DNA of 27,553 nucleotides from a virus (Duplodnaviria; Heunggongvirae; Uroviricota; Caudoviricetes): IMG/VR virus record IMGVR_UViG_3300029653_000015; one strand, 5' to 3'. Shown piece by piece: positions 25,584 to 27,553 of this stretch (position 1 is its first letter; each line of letters starts with the position of its first letter). The notes under the pieces were generated by a model. It saw only the letters and a program-made list of their open reading frames with translations, ran no database searches and was not told where the DNA came from. The position numbers and the translations under genes were made by a program.

Positions 25584-26335
25584 ATGACAGAGACAGAATC
25601 AGCGATTCTGGCGCACGCCCGGCGATGTGCGCCAGCGGAGTCGTGCGGCTTCGTGGTAAGCACGCCGGAGGGGGAAAGATATTTCCCCTGCGTGAATATC
25701 TCCGGTGAGCCGGAGGAGTATTTCCGGATGGCTCCGGAGGACTGGCTGCAGGCAGAAATGCAGGGTGAGATTGTGGCGCTGGTCCACAGCCACCCCGGTG
25801 GTCTGCCCTGGCTGAGTGAGGCTGACCGGCGGCTGCAGGTGCAGAGTGATTTGCCGTGGTGGCTGGTTTGCCGGGGGGCGATTCATAAGTTCCGCTGTGT
25901 GCCGCATCTCACCGGGCGGCGCTTTGAGCACGGGGTGACGGACTGTTACACGCTGTTCCGGGATGCTTATCATCTGGCGGGGATTGAGATGCCGGATTTT
26001 CATCGCGGGGATGACTGGTGGCGTCACGGTCAGAATCTCTATCTGGATAATCTGGAGGCCACAGGGCTGTATCAGGTGCCGTTGTNNNNNNNNNNNNNNN
26101 NNNNNNNNNNNNNNNNNNNNNNNNNNNNTTTGGTTCATCGGTGCCGAATCATGCCGCCATTTACTGTGGTGACGGCGAGCTGCTGCACCATATTCCTGAA
26201 CAACTGAGCAAACGAGAGAGGTATACCGACAAATGGCAGCGACGCACACACTCCCTCTGGCGTCACCGGGCATGGCACGCATCTGCCTTTACGGGGATTT
26301 ACAACGATTTGGCCGCCGCATCGACCTTCGTGTAA
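25584..26335 (+). CDS. K: tail assembly protein K (NlpC/P60 plus JAB/MPN-like), interrupted by an assembly gap
   Basis: HSHPGG motif upstream of the gap. After the gap, HAAIYCGDGELLHHIPEQLSKRERYTDKWQRRTHSLWRHRAW matches lambda gpK. The two pieces are in different frames in this window because the gap length is arbitrary. Confidence 0.75.
26086..26128. other. assembly gap (43 N)
   Basis: Run of N in the supplied sequence. Confidence 0.99.
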
Positions 26336-26880
26336 AAACGGGGGCTGAAGCCATCCGGGCGTTGTCCACACAGCTCCCGGCGTTTCGTCAGAAACTGAAT
26401 GACGGCTGGTATCAGGTGCGCATTGCCGGGCGTGATGCAGGTGAAACCGAATTATCTGCCCGTCTTAATGAGCCGCTGGCAAATGGTGCCGTGATCCACA
26501 TCGTGCCGCGTCTGGCGGGAGCTAAAAGTGGCGGTGTGTTTCAGGTGGTGCTGGGGGCGGCGCTGATTGCGGTGGCATGGTGGAACCCTGTGGGCTGGCT
26601 GGGTGCCGCGGCTGTATCGGGCATGTATGCGGCAGGGGCCAGTATGATCCTGGGTGGTGTGGCCCAGATGCTGGCACCGAAAGCCCGGACGCCCACAGCG
26701 ACCAGCACGGATAACGGTAAGCAGAACACCTATTTCTCATCACTGGATAACATGGTTGCCCAGGGCAATGTTCTGCCTGTTCTGTACGGTGAAATGCGCG
26801 TGGGGTCGCGGGTGGCTTCTCAGGAGATCAGCACGGCAGACGAGGGGGACGGTGGTCAGGTTGTGGTGATTGGTCGTTGA
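26233..26880 (+). CDS. I: tail assembly protein I
   Basis: MAATHTLPLASPGMARICLYGDLQRFGRRIDLRVKTGAEAIRAL...NGKQNTYFSSLDNMVAQGNVLPVLYGEMRVGSRV...GGQVVVIGR is almost the same as lambda gpI as I recall it. Overlaps the end of K, as in lambda. Confidence 0.85.
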   Translation: MAATHTLPLASPGMARICLYGDLQRFGRRIDLRVKTGAEAIRALSTQLPAFRQKLNDGWYQVRIAGRDAGETELSARLNEPLANGAVIHIVPRLAGAKSGGVFQVVLGAALIAVAWWNPVGWLGAAAVSGMYAAGASMILGGVAQMLAPKARTPTATSTDNGKQNTYFSSLDNMVAQGNVLPVLYGEMRVGSRVASQEISTADEGDGGQVVVIGR

Positions 26881-26940
26881 TGAAAAACGTTTTATGTGAA
26901 ACCGCCTCAGGGCGGTTTTGTCGTTTCTGGAGCGTGAGGA

Positions 26941-27553
26941 ATGGGTAAAGGCAGCAGTAAGGGGCATACCCCGCGCGAAGCGAAGGACAACCTGAAGTCC
27001 ACGCAGATGCTGAGCGTGATAGACGCCATCAGTGAAGGGCCGATTGAAGGTCCGGTGGACGGATTAAAAAGTGTGCTGCTGAACAGTACGCCGGTGCTGG
27101 ACAGTGAGGGGAATACCAACATTTCCGGTGTCACGGTGGTGTTCCGGGCAGGTGAGCAGGAGCAGACACCGCCGGAGGGATTTGAATCCTCCGGCTCCGA
27201 GACGGTGCTGGGTACGGAAGTGAAGTACGACACGCCGATTACCCGGACCATCACGTCTGCAAACATCGACCGTCTGCGCTTTACCTTCGGTGTGCAGGCA
27301 CTGGTGGAAACCACCTCAAAGGGGGACCGGAATCCGTCGGAAGTCCGCCTGCTGGTTCAGATACAGCGTAACGGTGGCTGGGTGACGGAAAAAGACATCA
27401 CCATTAAAGGCAAAACCACCTCGCAGTATCTGGCCTCGGTGGTGGTGGATAACCTGCCGCCGCGCCCGTTTAATATCCGGATGCGCAGGATGACGCCGGA
27501 CAGCACCACAGACCAGCTGCAGAACAAAACGCTCTGGTCGTCATACACCGAAA
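26941..27553 (+). CDS. J: tail tip/host specificity protein J, N-terminal part (runs off the window)
   Basis: GAGG RBS. MGKGSSKGHTPREAKDNLKSTQMLSVIDAISEGPIEGPVDGLKSVLLNSTPVLD... matches the lambda gpJ N-terminus. No stop before the window end. Confidence 0.9.
   Translation, partial: MGKGSSKGHTPREAKDNLKSTQMLSVIDAISEGPIEGPVDGLKSVLLNSTPVLDSEGNTNISGVTVVFRAGEQEQTPPEGFESSGSETVLGTEVKYDTPITRTITSANIDRLRFTFGVQALVETTSKGDRNPSEVRLLVQIQRNGGWVTEKDITIKGKTTSQYLASVVVDNLPPRPFNIRMRRMTPDSTTDQLQNKTLWSSYTE

Noticed and set aside
24932-25663. 243-aa minus-strand ORF
   Set aside because: Antisense to L and the start of K, which both match lambda proteins.
26086-26128. Apparent frameshift or truncation of gene K
   Set aside because: The break coincides with the run of N, so it is an assembly gap rather than a biological lesion.

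Overview
The window lies in the late (packaging, head, tail) region of a lambdoid prophage, whose large terminase gene is split by a ~10.4 kb integrase-bearing element with the gene content of a phage satellite. Prophage part: DUF1398-like and YbcW-like small genes, a cos region, terS, terL, a W-like gene, portal, a fused ClpP-like prohead protease/major capsid gene, DUF2190-like and FII-like genes, then a tail module (Z, U, V, G/GT, H, M, L, K, I, start of J) whose proteins closely match what I recall of phage lambda. The terL N-terminal part (2081..3073) and C-terminal part (13496..14608) flank the inserted element (about 3074..13495). That element carries a P4-type tyrosine integrase, an AlpA-like gene, a Bro-N protein, a divergent ribbon-helix-helix regulator with operator-like repeats, a RecA-fold replication ATPase followed by an iteron array, an SSB-like protein, its own diverged copy of the helper-type protease/capsid fusion, its own terS homologue, and two extra copies of the helper cosN segment. 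Both junctions share the core CTGGATG, so precise excision would rejoin terL in frame. I read this as a capsid-encoding satellite parked inside its helper's terminase gene. All functional calls are from reading the translations by eye against remembered families; no database search was run. No rRNA, tRNA or CRISPR array was seen. A 43-nt run of N (26086..26128) interrupts gene K.
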